Counted from the whole stretch's first letter, positions 1 to 11,832 are shown. The stretch: DNA of 54,936 bases, filler included, from Sphacelaria rigidula (GCA_964200075.2; 5 parts of 5 records of this genome joined end to end with filler, not necessarily neighbours in it), one strand, 5' to 3'. Notes: generated from the letters alone by a model not told the origin. Numbers and translations are program-made.

Positions 1-74
1 AGATCGCTCCGAGAATTGAACCCACGCCCCAACCGTCAGAGGGTTTCGAGGTTACCAACTGAGCCACCGGGGCG
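1..74 (-). mobile_element. tRNA-derived SINE, 5' head only (cut by window edge)
   Basis: Reverse complement reads CGCCCCGGTGGCTCAGTTGGTAACCTCGAAACCCTCTGACGGTTGGGGCGTGGGTTCAATTCTCGGAGCGATCT, matching the heads at 11833, 21038 and 38895 with A and B boxes. Confidence 0.8.
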
Positions 75-1001
75 GGTAGGGGATGTGTTGAAAAACATAT
101 TCGATTACTTACACGGCGCTCCCCAATGATGATCTTTTCCGTCGCGCGTAGTTCCAATATATATTTTCGCGCTTGGGTCCCCTGCAACTAGCGCGGTCTA
201 TTTTGCCTGCTCGTCGGGCTTGTTTGCGTCCACCGTGGATTATGACCACCAGCCGAAACTCACCCCCCCAGAACTTGCAAAAGGCAGCCGTATCCCGTGT
301 TCCAGAAGTTACCGTCGTGAAAGAAGTAAGGTATCTCCAAGAATACCCGATGCGATCAATGCAAAAACTTGGAGTGAACTATTCTCCCCACAGCTATGGT
401 CCCAATGTGCGTTCATGATGGACATACAAAGGGTACAGGTTAACGCCTAGACCGCATTCCGTAACTGGGCTGAATCTAATCGGATTAAAACCTTGACCCG
501 GCATATATTTCCATGAGGAAAGACTTCAAAGTTTATTCAGAGAGTTTGTGTTGGCATCCCATCTGCTCTGGAAGCCAGCCTACTGCACCTGTTGGGAGAT
601 ACAAGCGCCTCAGCCGGGGTCACACAGGAGGAAGGTCAGCACTGCAGTGTTTTTTAGCACTCACCTTCCTTCTGAGGTCCCTTGTCTGTTTTCTATCGCG
701 AGAAGTGCGTCGGTTGAACAGTTCATCGTTCAAGTCAAAAGTGCAGAGAACACCAGTTTGCATGGCTAACGATATGCAAGGAAGCACACAATCTGGTCTC
801 AAATTGTTGTTTTGCAATGGGTTCGGTACACAGCCGCCAAAGGGTACCGTCACCATGCCGTATTTGGTGTCCGGGGATGGTGTGAAGAAATGAAGGTGTG
901 ATCAGAGCGCACGGCATCCAGGTTATCTACACGGCTGCAGGTAACCTACTTTTTGTGCTGCTCGTTGCTCCTGGCACTCCTATCTGCTCCTAAGACACAT
1001 T

Positions 1002-1122
1002 GGGGGAGCACCCAGTAATCATCTTGCATGCCGTAGTCATACTGTACGACCATTCACCTAGCATCCCTACAAAGTTGGGGTGAAGCATGCCGGGTCCCCG
1101 CCGGACCAGGCTCGCAATCAAT
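1002..1122. repeat. G-tract-associated structured short repeat, long variant
   Basis: Homologous to 32815-32922 and 34845-34955 (tcttgcatgccgtagtc...gaccatt...gcatccctacaaag...gccggg....gccggacc); ends in CAATCAATCA. Confidence 0.75.
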
Positions 1123-1346
1123 CACCGAGCGCGAAGCGCCGTGACAACAGCACCAGCTAGCAGGGTTCACAGGCACGCGCTCGTCCCACGTGCTCGACGC
1201 GCGTGATCGACGCGCGTGATGTCTAAAGAGGGGAGTTCGTTCCGTTCGTGTCTTGAACTTTTGTACCTCTTGACTCAAGCGTATCCCTGAACACTCGTAC
1301 GTCTCCTTCACCGACGATACTCGTTCTCACCTGTATCAAACATAAG

Positions 1347-1556
1347 TCGCTGGCACATGCAACGACGGTGCTATTGTTGGTTTGGAGTCGGATGATGATA
1401 ACTTCTGCTGCGATATCGGATGCGGCACATGTGGAGGCGACGATTGTGCCGTAACTGCCGCAGCGGCCGGCCTCGATGAGGGAGACTGTTGCACAGCACA
1501 GATCAACATCTCCGGGGACTACTGCGTCGACACCGATGAGGCACCGTGCATTCTGG
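1347..1556 (+). CDS. Exon: 10-Cys extracellular-type repeat 1 of a modular Cys-rich protein
   Basis: cataag|...|gtgagc, 210 nt, phase 1-1, open frame: AGTCNDGAIVGLESDDDNFCCDIGCGTCGGDDCAVTAAAAGLDEGDCCTAQINISGDYCVDTDEAPCIL. Confidence 0.85.
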
Positions 1557-2119
1557 GTGAGCTCCTACCAACGACCGTGTAGTATTACCAGTGAAGAAAG
1601 GGGGTCCTGGTGTGGTCGGTACATTGTGGTTGCGTGCTACAATAGTACACGAGGGCATGAGGAGCCCGTCCGGACACGGCGTGGCAAGATCATGGTTCCC
1701 TTATAAAGGTAACGCGGCACTGGCAGGACAGTCCCAGAAGGTTCGTTCAGCGTGGTCAACGTTATGGAGCTGCATATAAGGATCAAGAGTGCTGCACCGA
1801 ATTTGCCTTGTGTTCGAACACTGCATGTGGGGAGCGGGTTTCTCGGGACTGATCGGATAGACCACGCTTGCAGCTTTACTTGCGTATCCAATTCCTGGAC
1901 CTCAGACGGCAAGTGACTGGTGGTACAAGACTGGTTCGTCTCGCCCCTATTTAAACGAGTTTTTCGTGCTACATGTTCCATGTACATGTTTTCACATTTC
2001 CCGCCCCGTCTTGTGGTGTCGGGCAAGGAAAGAAGTGCTCGTCCCGTTTTATGTTTCGAAACACGCATACGCCCCGTCCACCAATGATTGTTTGGCGGTT
2101 GTGCGTGCTAAATCATAAG

Positions 2120-2323
2120 GGGAAAAACCTTTGTGCAGCGACGGCACTGTCGGAGAGGAGTCTGATGGCGCCTGTTGCTTGGCAGCATGCGAAAATTGCG
2201 GAGGATATGGTTGTGACAGCAGGGCCGTACTACTCGGCATCGACGCGACCGACTGCTGCACAACACTCATATATGAGGCAGGCGTCTACTGCGATGACAC
2301 CAATGAGGCACCGTGCATCCTGC
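2120..2323 (+). CDS. Exon: 10-Cys repeat 2
   Basis: cataag|...|gtgagt, 204 nt, phase 1-1: EKPLCSDGTVGEESDGACCLAACENCGGYGCDSRAVLLGIDATDCCTTLIYEAGVYCDDTNEAPCIL. Same Cys pattern as repeat 1. Confidence 0.85.
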
Positions 2324-4697
2324 GTGAGTGCCCACAATCGACGGTGTAGTACTCTAACTTGAAAAAGAAATCGATCTTACCGTGGTAGGCAGTACGTGAT
2401 GGTGGCGTCTTGGTCCTATGGTAGACAACAATTCATGGTGCGTTCATAAGGGTGCGAGGGCCGTATGTGGATACTAGTTGGGAGGGTAAACACCGCGCTC
2501 TCCTAAACAAGGGAGCACGGCATTGACGACAGTCCTAGGACCGTGTCCCTATCCCTCCCGGTCGTCCCGGCATGTTTTTCAGTCAAGGGTAGGCAATGAC
2601 GATGTGTGAACGAATCGCATCCCTTGACGGACCCAAGCCAGGGAAAGTACATCATGTGTGGTGGAGTGGGGAGCTCTCGTGAGGATTACAGAGCACCGTT
2701 TTTGGTGAGTCACAGTGTATGTGTCGTGAAGAGGATACTGTATCAATCCCTCAGATAGGCTGCGGGCGCGGGTCCCGTAAAAGAGGATTTCTGTCGTGGT
2801 CTGATCACGAGGTGATACTGGCGTCACTCTCAAAGAACACGCCCGGCCCGGGGTGACACGAGGTCAGCGGCTGGCCACATTGAACAATCGCAGTCGAGAG
2901 GAATGACCCTTGAGCTCGTGAGTAACAGACCATCGAGCCCGATAAGCACTGCATCGCAAGGCCAAGCAGGGATTCACTTTCACGTGCAGAAGAGGTGCTC
3001 TTGATTTACTTGCAAGCGAGATGTCTCCAAGTGGTGGCTGATAGCTCTGTTATTGATTAGTCTTAGCTAGGTAGCTAAACGAGAGTTTCTGGGTGATGGA
3101 AGTTCTGAGGGCGGTGGGCTCCGGCCAAGGACGCCCGATTGGAATACAACACCAACATACGAATGGAATAAGACCTGCTGCACTTGCCACGCGTACTGCA
3201 AAACGCCTACTACACATACAGTCGATATTTGCCGTAACATTTCCGTTGCCGGTGCAAGCCCCATTTTAGATCTTGATGTCAGCGGCGATTACAGTTTTGA
3301 TGTTTCATGGTTGATACATACATGTCTCACTGCCATTTTCTCGCCGACCGTTCCACACCGAGTATGAAGCTACAGAGGCGCATTGGGGTAATGGACGGAA
3401 CGGGAGATACAACATAAGTTCAGACAAGGAATCATGCAAAACACGAACTGGATGAATATGTGGTAGGCATCGTTTGTGTAGTAAATTTTAGAGGGTCCGA
3501 TTGCCCGATGTCGTCGGTTGGGTCCAATGCCCCGTGAAACACCGCTTGGGCATTTGCTGCGAAGATATGAGCCACAAAAGGGATATGAGCCAAAAAAGTT
3601 GATTGTCGTGTGACATATCGATATATGGTACCACTCGTGTCGTGCGATTACACGAAGATACACTCGTGGCTACATGCCCGCGAGACGTTTGGCTTGCTGC
3701 GTTCCGTTTTATTGAGTGTACTCTCAAGTGTTTCCATATTTCGGTAAATTATGACACACATCGCGGGTTGTAGGGCTGGACGCTGCGCGCTCGATCTCCA
3801 CTTCGTCGGTGCGAGTTACAGAACGCGTCGAGTATAATGGATGATAATGATTTTCAACGTCTTTAATGCGAAATGGGCAATTTCAAGCTGCCACTTTGAT
3901 GAATAAAGAGGGCGTAACACAAGATGGAGCGCAGTTAGTCCCTGCTTTGGTGTACCATGGCTCCGGCGAGGACCTACTCCGTGGTGTTGCTAGAGGCTGC
4001 TGCTCTTAGTTATAAATCGCTGTCGACTCCACTAACCTGACGCTGATAATCGTGGGGTTTGGTGGGCTGACATAGCTCGTTCACGGAACACGCTCGTTGA
4101 ACACATGTGAATGTAATGGCTCAACTTTGCGGTTGACTTTAGCTTAGTACGAGTTGTGTGTAGGCATCCCCTTTTTGGTTCCTTCTGTGCTGATGGAAAG
4201 GACCGGAATCTCCTGCGCCACGTGGTACATGAGATTTACAATACGCATGGAATCCATCAACGAGTAGCCATTTGCACAAGGGTTCTCGAGATTATATCTA
4301 TGCCACAAATGACACATCGCGACGGAAGTACACTGTTATACCATCTGAACATCGGAACCCAAACTTCAGGCATCAATGTGTAGCTGACGTTCCTGGTACA
4401 CAGCACGTGCCCAGCAGTGATTGTGCAGTGTTGCACTGACCTTCAAGCAGGATGACACTTTTGATCGATGTATTTTTCTTCATTCGTGGAATAATAAAAG
4501 TGGTTGTGCGTGTCTTCCGTGCTTCGTGAAGCAAAAGGTGTATCCTGTGGGTGCAGTACAAGGGCCAAACGGCTTGGGCCCGCCAGCAACAGGCGTGAAC
4601 GATGAAACCGCCGTCCTCACTGTGCTTATTCAAAGGAGTCTTTTGACCGCATCTTCTACAGGGCACCTGTTGAGACAATTCTGCGTGTTATGGTTTA

Positions 4698-4870
4698 ATG
4701 CGTGAGAGGACCGCGTGCTTAGAGGACCGCGCCGTGGTTCAGAACACCCCAGGATCGACGTTTTTCAATACCAATCGGGTCAGTTCCTGCAGGTACCACG
4801 CCCCTGACCCTGACCATAAGGGTGTTCAAATTCCTATGCGGTCCTCTAAGCACGCGGTCCTCTCACGCAT
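4698..4870. mobile_element. MITE, Tc1/mariner-type (TA TSD)
   Basis: Perfect TIR ATGCGTGAGAGGACCGCGTGCTTAGAGGACCGC at both ends, with TA at 4696-4697 and 4871-4872. Confidence 0.85.
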
Positions 4871-6306
4871 TACAATGGTTCAAGATGTGTCTGAGAACTG
4901 TCGAACTGATTCCCAACGTGAGGAATGTTGCTGCAAATGAAGGAGACAGCGAGGATGACACCACAAGGAGCAAAATTCACACTATCGCGCCAGGCTACGG
5001 AGACAACCTTGGCCTTCGATGTTGGCTGGTAGTATGTCGTACTCATTGTGATGGCATGTTTTATCGAGCCTTCCGAATCCACCGTGTCGTGTTTGTTGAG
5101 GAATGGATGGTGTAAATCATCGAACCAAAACAGGTGGAACATTCCAACATGGATCATGATTACTCCGGGTTGGGTGCGGAAGTTGCCTCGATGCGGCGCA
5201 CAGAACATTGGTTTCCCGCGTAGGTACCGCAGTCGTGCTCCGTATTATTTATACAGCACGCTTGAAAAAGCGCATACCAGGCAATACCAAGACATCGATT
5301 CCAACTTATTAACCTCTACCAGTCGTACCCCCGCCATCCAGGCACCGCCGCCGTGTACCGTCGTGATTCTGCCACGAATAAGCTTGACACGGGTACTATG
5401 CAATCCTTGTCCAAAATGAAGCTTCCGACGGGAAGCCTGGGGAACACAACTGTTTCATACGCACACTGATACACTTCTTGTTCACATTCGATATCATTTG
5501 TGGAACCAATCATCTTGTCGATGCGGTCACCAGTAGTACTACTCGAATTTTGGATGAGCCCCAAGTTAGTTTGTTGGGTAGCTCTTGATGATACAGGGCG
5601 TGGTGTGAACATATCCCAATCGTCGTCCTTGACGTCGTTAGTCATGTAACGGCAATGCCGGGACGTGGATGATATCATTCCGCCGTCCGACAAATCTGCC
5701 ACATGAAGGGGGAATGGTAGTTCATAACTCCTACAGGTAACTTGGAAACTACGCCAGAACGCTGATGGTGAGATGTCTCGGTCATGACAACGGCGGCGCG
5801 GCTGGCCGTGCGAAACGTAGTAGTAGGTGAACTCGACGGTTCTGATTGGTAAAAAAGGGAAGGTGAATTACTCACGTAGGAAGGTCTTCAACTGCGCTTT
5901 GCCCCGGCTTCTGTTTCGCGTCAACAGAACATGAATGATGCGTTAAAAAGCACGGATAGCGAAAAGCACGAAGATGACCACGAACGCATGGTCGCTCGCA
6001 GCGGAATGAACAGAGCGCCTCGGACGTTCGCAGGGTGCTCTCCGCGGTCGGCCACATGTGGTACATTGCGCGAATGGCTGCATAGAGTAGTCCCACAGTA
6101 GCGTGGGTGTTTGCCATGAACGATGTAGTGCTCAAAGGAGCCATTTCTGGGCAACAAGGATGGTCACCCCTCCGCATGGGATGGCTCTGGTTGCTATATT
6201 GTTTGATCACATTAAGTTTTGTGCCCAACTCGCTGCCCCATCCGCGCCGCTGCTCGTGTCTCGACATTCTGGCGGATTCGACCTACGCGCACCACGGATC
6301 CGACAG

Positions 6307-6342
6307 CTACGCCAGCCCCGATGCCAGCTATGACGCCAGCCC
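6307..6342 (+). CDS. Micro-exon: Pro/Thr linker (TPAPMPAMTPA)
   Basis: ccgacag|...|gtgagt, 36 nt, phase 1-1, just upstream of Cys repeat 3. Confidence 0.6.
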
Positions 6343-6591
6343 GTGAGTATCAGTATTTGCGTATTTCTCTACCGTGATGGCTTTTGTACGAGTGAACAGG
6401 CAGGGGGAAGTTCTGACGATATGTTTGATTCATCCAACCACATTCTTGATGTAGCTTTGAATGTGCGTTAAGCATAGTCAGCGAAAGTCCGGGATTTTTT
6501 TGAGAAAGCCCATGACCGATTGGTTCAAAAATACATATACCGTCCCCCTCTTACGCATTTTCGTCCGTGGCAACGTCTGTTCCCCATGCAG

Positions 6592-6780
6592 CAACGGAGT
6601 ATGACTCTTGCACGGAGTACGACGGCATCGGGTTCAACCGAGCGTGCTGTCCGGAGGAATGCGGAGATTGCCAGGGCGAATTCTGCGAGTCTGTCGGGGA
6701 CTATTGCTGCTACGACAGCGTGTTGGAGACCGGACTCGTGTGTGGTTTGGACACTGACGTTGCTCCCTGTTATTTCGCTA
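6592..6780 (+). CDS. Exon: 10-Cys repeat 3 (more divergent)
   Basis: catgcag|...|gtaagt, 189 nt, phase 1-1: TEYDSCTEYDGIGFNRACCPEECGDCQGEFCESVGDYCCYDSVLETGLVCGLDTDVAPCYFA. Confidence 0.85.
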
Positions 6781-7334
6781 GTAAGTCTTACCGGCATCGG
6801 TACCAACGTACCACCTGGGGATTAAAATTTGCTGAACTATGCCATTGCGTATTCGCCACAAGCTGCTGCCCCATGGCCGTTGTGAGGTATCCATACTCCC
6901 TGTATCGTTTTCCGTTGTAGTATGAATGAACGGCTACGAAAGATGCCTGGATCGGTTGTCGTTGTGGTAAATGGGCTGTAAAACCGTAGAAAGATAAACA
7001 ACGCGAGCATGAGTGGCCGGAATTTCGTATTGACGTGTTTCACATCACCAGTACGACCCTCGCTATCCTTGCCGTGTCATCGAGACACCCCACGCTGACA
7101 GGGGGGGGGAGTAGTTTCATCACAGTTGTTACACGAACGGAGGAGGCACTAGGATGCCCCTTCTAGCGGTGACGACTTCAGAGAATGCTTTTCTCGTCTT
7201 CCGTCGCAAATATGGGTGTAGAGCGATCGTTCCAACTTTGATCTTCTCATATTTGTGTGTCCGATCGCCTCCTTCGTCTCCATCGCTGCCCGTCGTTTCT
7301 ACTTTTCGGCGGATTGAATGTGCGTGCGTGACAG

Positions 7335-7395
7335 TCCCGACGCCTGCGCCCCTCAACCATGATGACGGTTCCGACTAGTCAACCACCTCCATCCC
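7335..7395 (+). CDS. Pro/Thr linker exon with an apparent +1 frameshift (pseudo-exon, terminal exon or sequence error)
   Basis: gacag|...|gtgagt, 61 nt. Removing one C from CCCC (7349-7352) gives a phase 1-1 exon PTPAPSTMMTVPTSQPPPS; as written it reads PTPAPLNHDDGSD-stop. Confidence 0.5.
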
Positions 7396-7867
7396 GTGAG
7401 TTTGGCTCTCGTTACGCAGTAAATGTTGGTCTTCGCCACGAGTTCAAGTGCCAGGTAGAGACATGCGTATCCGATTTGGTACACACGACCAAAATGGAGG
7501 AAATGAGTTGCTGCTTTTCTCGTGTGAACTACGACTCACGACACATCAACGCCCTCGAACCAGATACTGTACCAGTCACAACCGCCGAGTTGTCCGCCCA
7601 ATCGCAATACGACTTGGCCCCGAGGTTCCACATCTTGATAGAACATCATGAACGCGTCGCGCGCTCGATGTGCTCTAGTCCGAGACTCCGACCGCTGACA
7701 ATGCTGCCAGTTCTGTAGTATGATCATGACGTAGGCGTAGGTTGCTACCAGGTAGGCTCTATGGACGCTGGAATAGCCATGAAAGGCCAACGTCACGTCG
7801 TTATATATTTCACAAAATGGATGTCCCACTATAAACGCGATCACGATTATTATACTGCGCTCTACTG

Positions 7868-7975
7868 TAAAAAAATAACTCCTCTGTTGACCTTCCTCCG
7901 GTGTGGCAACAGCTGATGCGCCCACATATACCGAAAGGTGTAGACCGGCGTCCAGGATAGATGGGACGACAACAC
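7868..7975 (+). mobile_element. SINE 3' fragment (5'-truncated)
   Basis: gctgatgcgcccacatataccgaaaggtgtagaccggcgtccaggatagatgggacgacaacac matches the 3' ends of the SINEs at 21038 and 38895. Confidence 0.75.
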
Positions 7976-9042
7976 CGTCGAAAGTCACTGTCCTGAGACG
8001 GTAGTACCGTTGGTCGCGACTCATGCACGAGGACCTTAGACGAGTGGACTATGCGTGGCATAGGCCTTCCCGTGTAGGCGTTGTCCCTCGAGTAGAAGCA
8101 GCTTTACCCTAACCCCCAGCAAGAAAGAGGAAAAGGCACCTACTTGCGCTTGGTCGTGTCTACGGGATGAAAACACTTATCACCCATGAACCCAGGCATA
8201 TACGAAAAGTCAGGAACTTGTCGCATGAGGAATAATACAAATTACGCAATCTGAACTTTCGTGCGCTCCGTCCAGAACTGCTCGCGGCCTGGAGCTACGC
8301 GCCTGTTTGGAAAGGCGCGCGCGGCAGACAGCGATGTCGCCTCTGCATAGCTATAAACGTGGATCCCAGCAAGGAAATACCCAGTGTCTATTTGTGTATT
8401 GGGGTGTGGGGAGTGAGAACCCAAAAGTGTGTTCAACGTACAGGGTGGCTGCGCCTGGGGGGGCGAACGCCTCATGGTGCGGCGGGTACCCGAGGCGATA
8501 TAGAGTAACGGGTGTCCAAAGGTCGGCGATAAGGTTCGCATCCAAGGCGATTGGGGGTAGGGAGACCAGGCAAGAGGAGTGTGATGTTCTAAAGCGTGCA
8601 AGGTTCAGTGTGTATGGCGATCACTTTGGATAGGGCAAACAAGCCGATATTGGATCGTTCAGGGACCGAGAGTGATTTGATCAGTATTCATGATAAAGGA
8701 GAGCTTGTGGTCAGGTTCGTCAGGCGAAAGTGTGCCGTGGGCACCCACACACCCCACGTGGAAACTACACGTTCACGGACGCCCCCGACACGCCGATAAT
8801 GGCAATAAATCCCGCCGCGTGTATCTGTCAAAACACATATGCTTCCTTGCATTGTACCCTCTCCCAAGTGTGGTATATGGTGTGCTGTTATGTGATGTTT
8901 TGGTCCGTCTAGAGAATTTGTGCGTATGGCTTTCCCTCTAGTGTCTCTGCGTTAAGCGGAGGTATGCCCAGCCGGTGAAAACCCGACATGGAATATATCA
9001 GTATTCTGGGGATGTGGGATGTGGGATACGTTGTTTTTGTCT

Positions 9043-9521
9043 TAGAATGGAGTGTACCAGTAACGTGTGTGTCTTGGTTTCGGGACCCCCCACGTATGCG
9101 TAGATACTATGGTACTGTACCGGAGGGCCCCCGCCCCCCCGGTGGGCGCGGGGACCCGAATCGCAAGCGAGAGCACGGCGGTGAAAATTGGATGAAAAAG
9201 AAAACAAACGTAGTTGAAAGCTATTGTTGAGAATATGTCCCTGTGCGCGGTTGAGAGTGAAAATGCGAGGCACGGCGTAGTGCGTAGTGACCGCGCGGGT
9301 ACACGTGAAGGTGATGAAGGCTTTGCCCAGAAGGAGATTGTTTTGTGGAAATGCCATCTAAGAACTATCCGATAACGCATGGAGGCTGCAGAATCCGAAG
9401 AAAGCATGCAGAAGAAAAAACAAAACACTACTAACAATAGAGAGGTTCGGAAAACGTTTCTTCCCATCTCAGAGTCAGAGTGGAAGGAAAAATAGCCGGT
9501 AACGGTACACACTCCACTCTG
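9043..9521. mobile_element. Degenerate non-autonomous TIR element (possibly hAT-like)
   Basis: Imperfect TIR: TAGAATGGAGTGTACC vs reverse complement CAGAGTGGAGTGTGTACC. No clean TSD. Confidence 0.4.
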
Positions 9522-10908
9522 ATTGTTTTCAGGGCGATTGTTTTAGAGTGAGAGTGCCGTTTGCACCACTTCACTATGAAACCTGATATTCCTCGTCAGA
9601 GTTTGTAATGGAATGCAGAAGAACCATGGTCACGTCCAGTCCATTGCCAATACACCCCAAGGAAGGGCCTCTATTATCGAGAAAAGGAAAAAACAATGGC
9701 AGAAGGTCTGAAATTTCGGCAATCGCCTGAGGCCCATTATTATGTAGATCGAGTGTCGCTGTTAGATATCTCATCGCAGTGATCTCGTTGTTTGCTTGCC
9801 TTCGCCGGCAAAAAAAAGGACAGGGTTGTGCTACCTGCCCGTGTACGACGTTCATACCTGTGGTGAACATCTTTCTCACTACCTCTTTGTGACACGGGGA
9901 GGCTGTCGGACAGGCTAGGGCGTGATCGACCGACTCTTTCGGGATGCTGCAGCAGCACACGCGAGGAAAAATGTCACGGTTCCATACTTACCGTCTGGGG
10001 GTGTGAGGTGCCAGTTCATGGGCACCTTGGCCGTTGCATCCAAACACAATCAAGTGTATTCACCCGTCGAGCTCGACTTCACCAAGTGCGGAGTCAACCC
10101 ACGTTCGCAGCGTCGGGCGGCATAGTACCCGTGAGCCGCGCAGACGACAGAACAACAAAGGTTGCATGGAGGTCAGGCTCACATTGTGAAAAGACCAGAG
10201 ACCCCTCTGATATCGCAGTCCGTGATGGCGTAGATGCTCTTGCAATATCGGCGAACAGGCTTACTGCTGCTTTGCCAGTTGAGATGCTAGTCCCAAAACG
10301 TTGTAACACATGGGCGCAGACAGCCCAATTCTACCACACAATGTAGTATGACCCATCAGGTACCAAGCATGACAAAGTATATCACATGGAACCCAGTCGA
10401 CTGGAAAATGACCAATGAATCTGTAACATCCCCCTAGCCTTATATATAAGGCCAAACGAAAAATTATTGGAGGGCTGGAAGGGCCAGAACAAAAACAAAA
10501 GCATTTGCATCATACGCCTGGAGGTGAAACGAAAAACCTGTTGAGTTACAGTACAGGGGGAAAATCGTTGCAGATCTAATGAATAGTAGGTAAACCCTGA
10601 TGAGCAGGGGGAAATCCTATCAGTTAGGAACGGGAAAAAAACTATAACGCCCTTTCCAACGACAGAAAATTCAGACAAGTACAGTCGCTATCGTTTTCCC
10701 AGGATCCGTTAGACTGGAGAACGATCGGCTAGTTAGCTTAATCGGGCGTCGACACCCCGGAGCAGTTACACTGGGTTCTGGGGTAGAGCGGGTCTTAAAC
10801 CACATCTAATCATTTCTTGAAGTGCTAAAAATAACCTATACCAACAAATTGTGCGAATTGGGGTTTAACTCCGAGATGAGGTTCAAGCCTAAAACAGTGC
10901 ATTCCCCA

Positions 10909-11008
10909 NNNNNNNNNNNNNNNNNNNNNNNNNNNNNNNNNNNNNNNNNNNNTTAATTAATTAANNNNNNNNNNNNNNNNNNNNNNNNNNNNNNNNNNNN
11001 NNNNNNNN
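10909..11008. other. Scaffold gap with TTAATTAATTAA linker (assembly artefact)
   Basis: N44-TTAATTAATTAA-N44; identical at 21916-22015, 32923-33022 and 43930-44029. Confidence 0.97.
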
Positions 11009-11072
11009 AGGGATGCGTGGTCGAGGGTCAAACAACTAAGGCAAGCAACACATGAGAACGCCCCCCCCCCCC
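11009..11072. repeat. G-tract-associated structured short repeat, short variant (opposite orientation, cut by gap)
   Basis: agggatgcgtggtcgagggtcaaacaactaaggcaagcaacacatgagaacg plus poly-C is the reverse complement of the 35776/39367 type. Confidence 0.7.
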
Positions 11073-11443
11073 TCCCCCCTCCCCTGTAATTATGTTGGTC
11101 AAAACCACACCCTGACCCTGGACGATACATTTCTTATTTTCGATAGTGCAGGCAATACTCGTACATTTCTTGCCGACGAAATTCTGTCGGGCGCACCCCG
11201 TCGGCCACCTACTTAGCGGCCATCTAGGCCTCCACTATTGCCACTATGCATCAGCGGGACTGTGAGATCTGCCAGTTTGTCGCGGGCGTTGGAGGGCCTG
11301 ACCGTTTGAACGCCAGGGTGAGAAACTCTTGAATCAGAAACACAGCCACCCTCCAGTTATTGTAGTAGCCGCCCATTCATGGGGATATATTTTTGCTTCT
11401 TGTAGTGAAAACATATATTCAATGAGTCAGGGAGGGGATATAA

Positions 11444-11708
11444 GAATTTGTACGTGAATAATGGTTGGAACTATGGAGATGCCGCCAACCCTCAGGCAAG
11501 GGGGTGCAGAGTGTTCCCGAGGCAAAGGGTGCTTTGCCAGAGCTCAAATCGACGCCTTTCAGCCGATTTTGGACCAAAACACGTTCTGGACGAGCTGGGT
11601 CTACCGCTCACCACTGCTCCCCTTCCCCAGACCATGAATTTTCTCAGAACTCTATTCAGTGTGAAATCAAGGAAAATCGAGTGCCAACCATTGTTCACGT
11701 ACAAATTC
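11444..11708. mobile_element. MITE of the shared-core family, PIF/Harbinger-like 3-bp TSD
   Basis: 29-bp TIR GAATTTGTACGTGAA(T/C)AATGGTTGG(A/C)ACT with 2 mismatches, flanked by TAA/TCA. The interior is the reverse complement of 51540-51842. Confidence 0.85.
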
Positions 11709-11832
11709 TCAGATCTACTGGAGCCAGATGCCCTTCAGTAAGGAATATCGGGTATCTACCACAAATAAAATGTGGGCTTTGTAGTGGCTTCTGACTTCTG
11801 TAGCGAAAATGAAATCATGTCAGTAATCTCGA

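Noticed and set aside
5316-5910. Minus-strand ORFs between the Cys-repeat exons as a nested gene
   Set aside because: Frames are discontinuous with no recognisable domain; cannot be separated from decayed TE or noise.
9984-9992. ATACTTACC, the U1 snRNA 5' end
   Set aside because: No U1 stem-loops or Sm site follow; it is the reverse complement of a splice-donor-like GGTAAGTAT.
10597-10614. CTGATGA...GAAA hammerhead-like core
   Set aside because: The intervening GCAGGGG cannot form stem II, and no convincing stems I/III are present.
10953-10964. TTAATTAATTAA palindrome, four times in the window
   Set aside because: Always centred in a 100-nt N block and gives stops in all six frames; an artificial contig linker.
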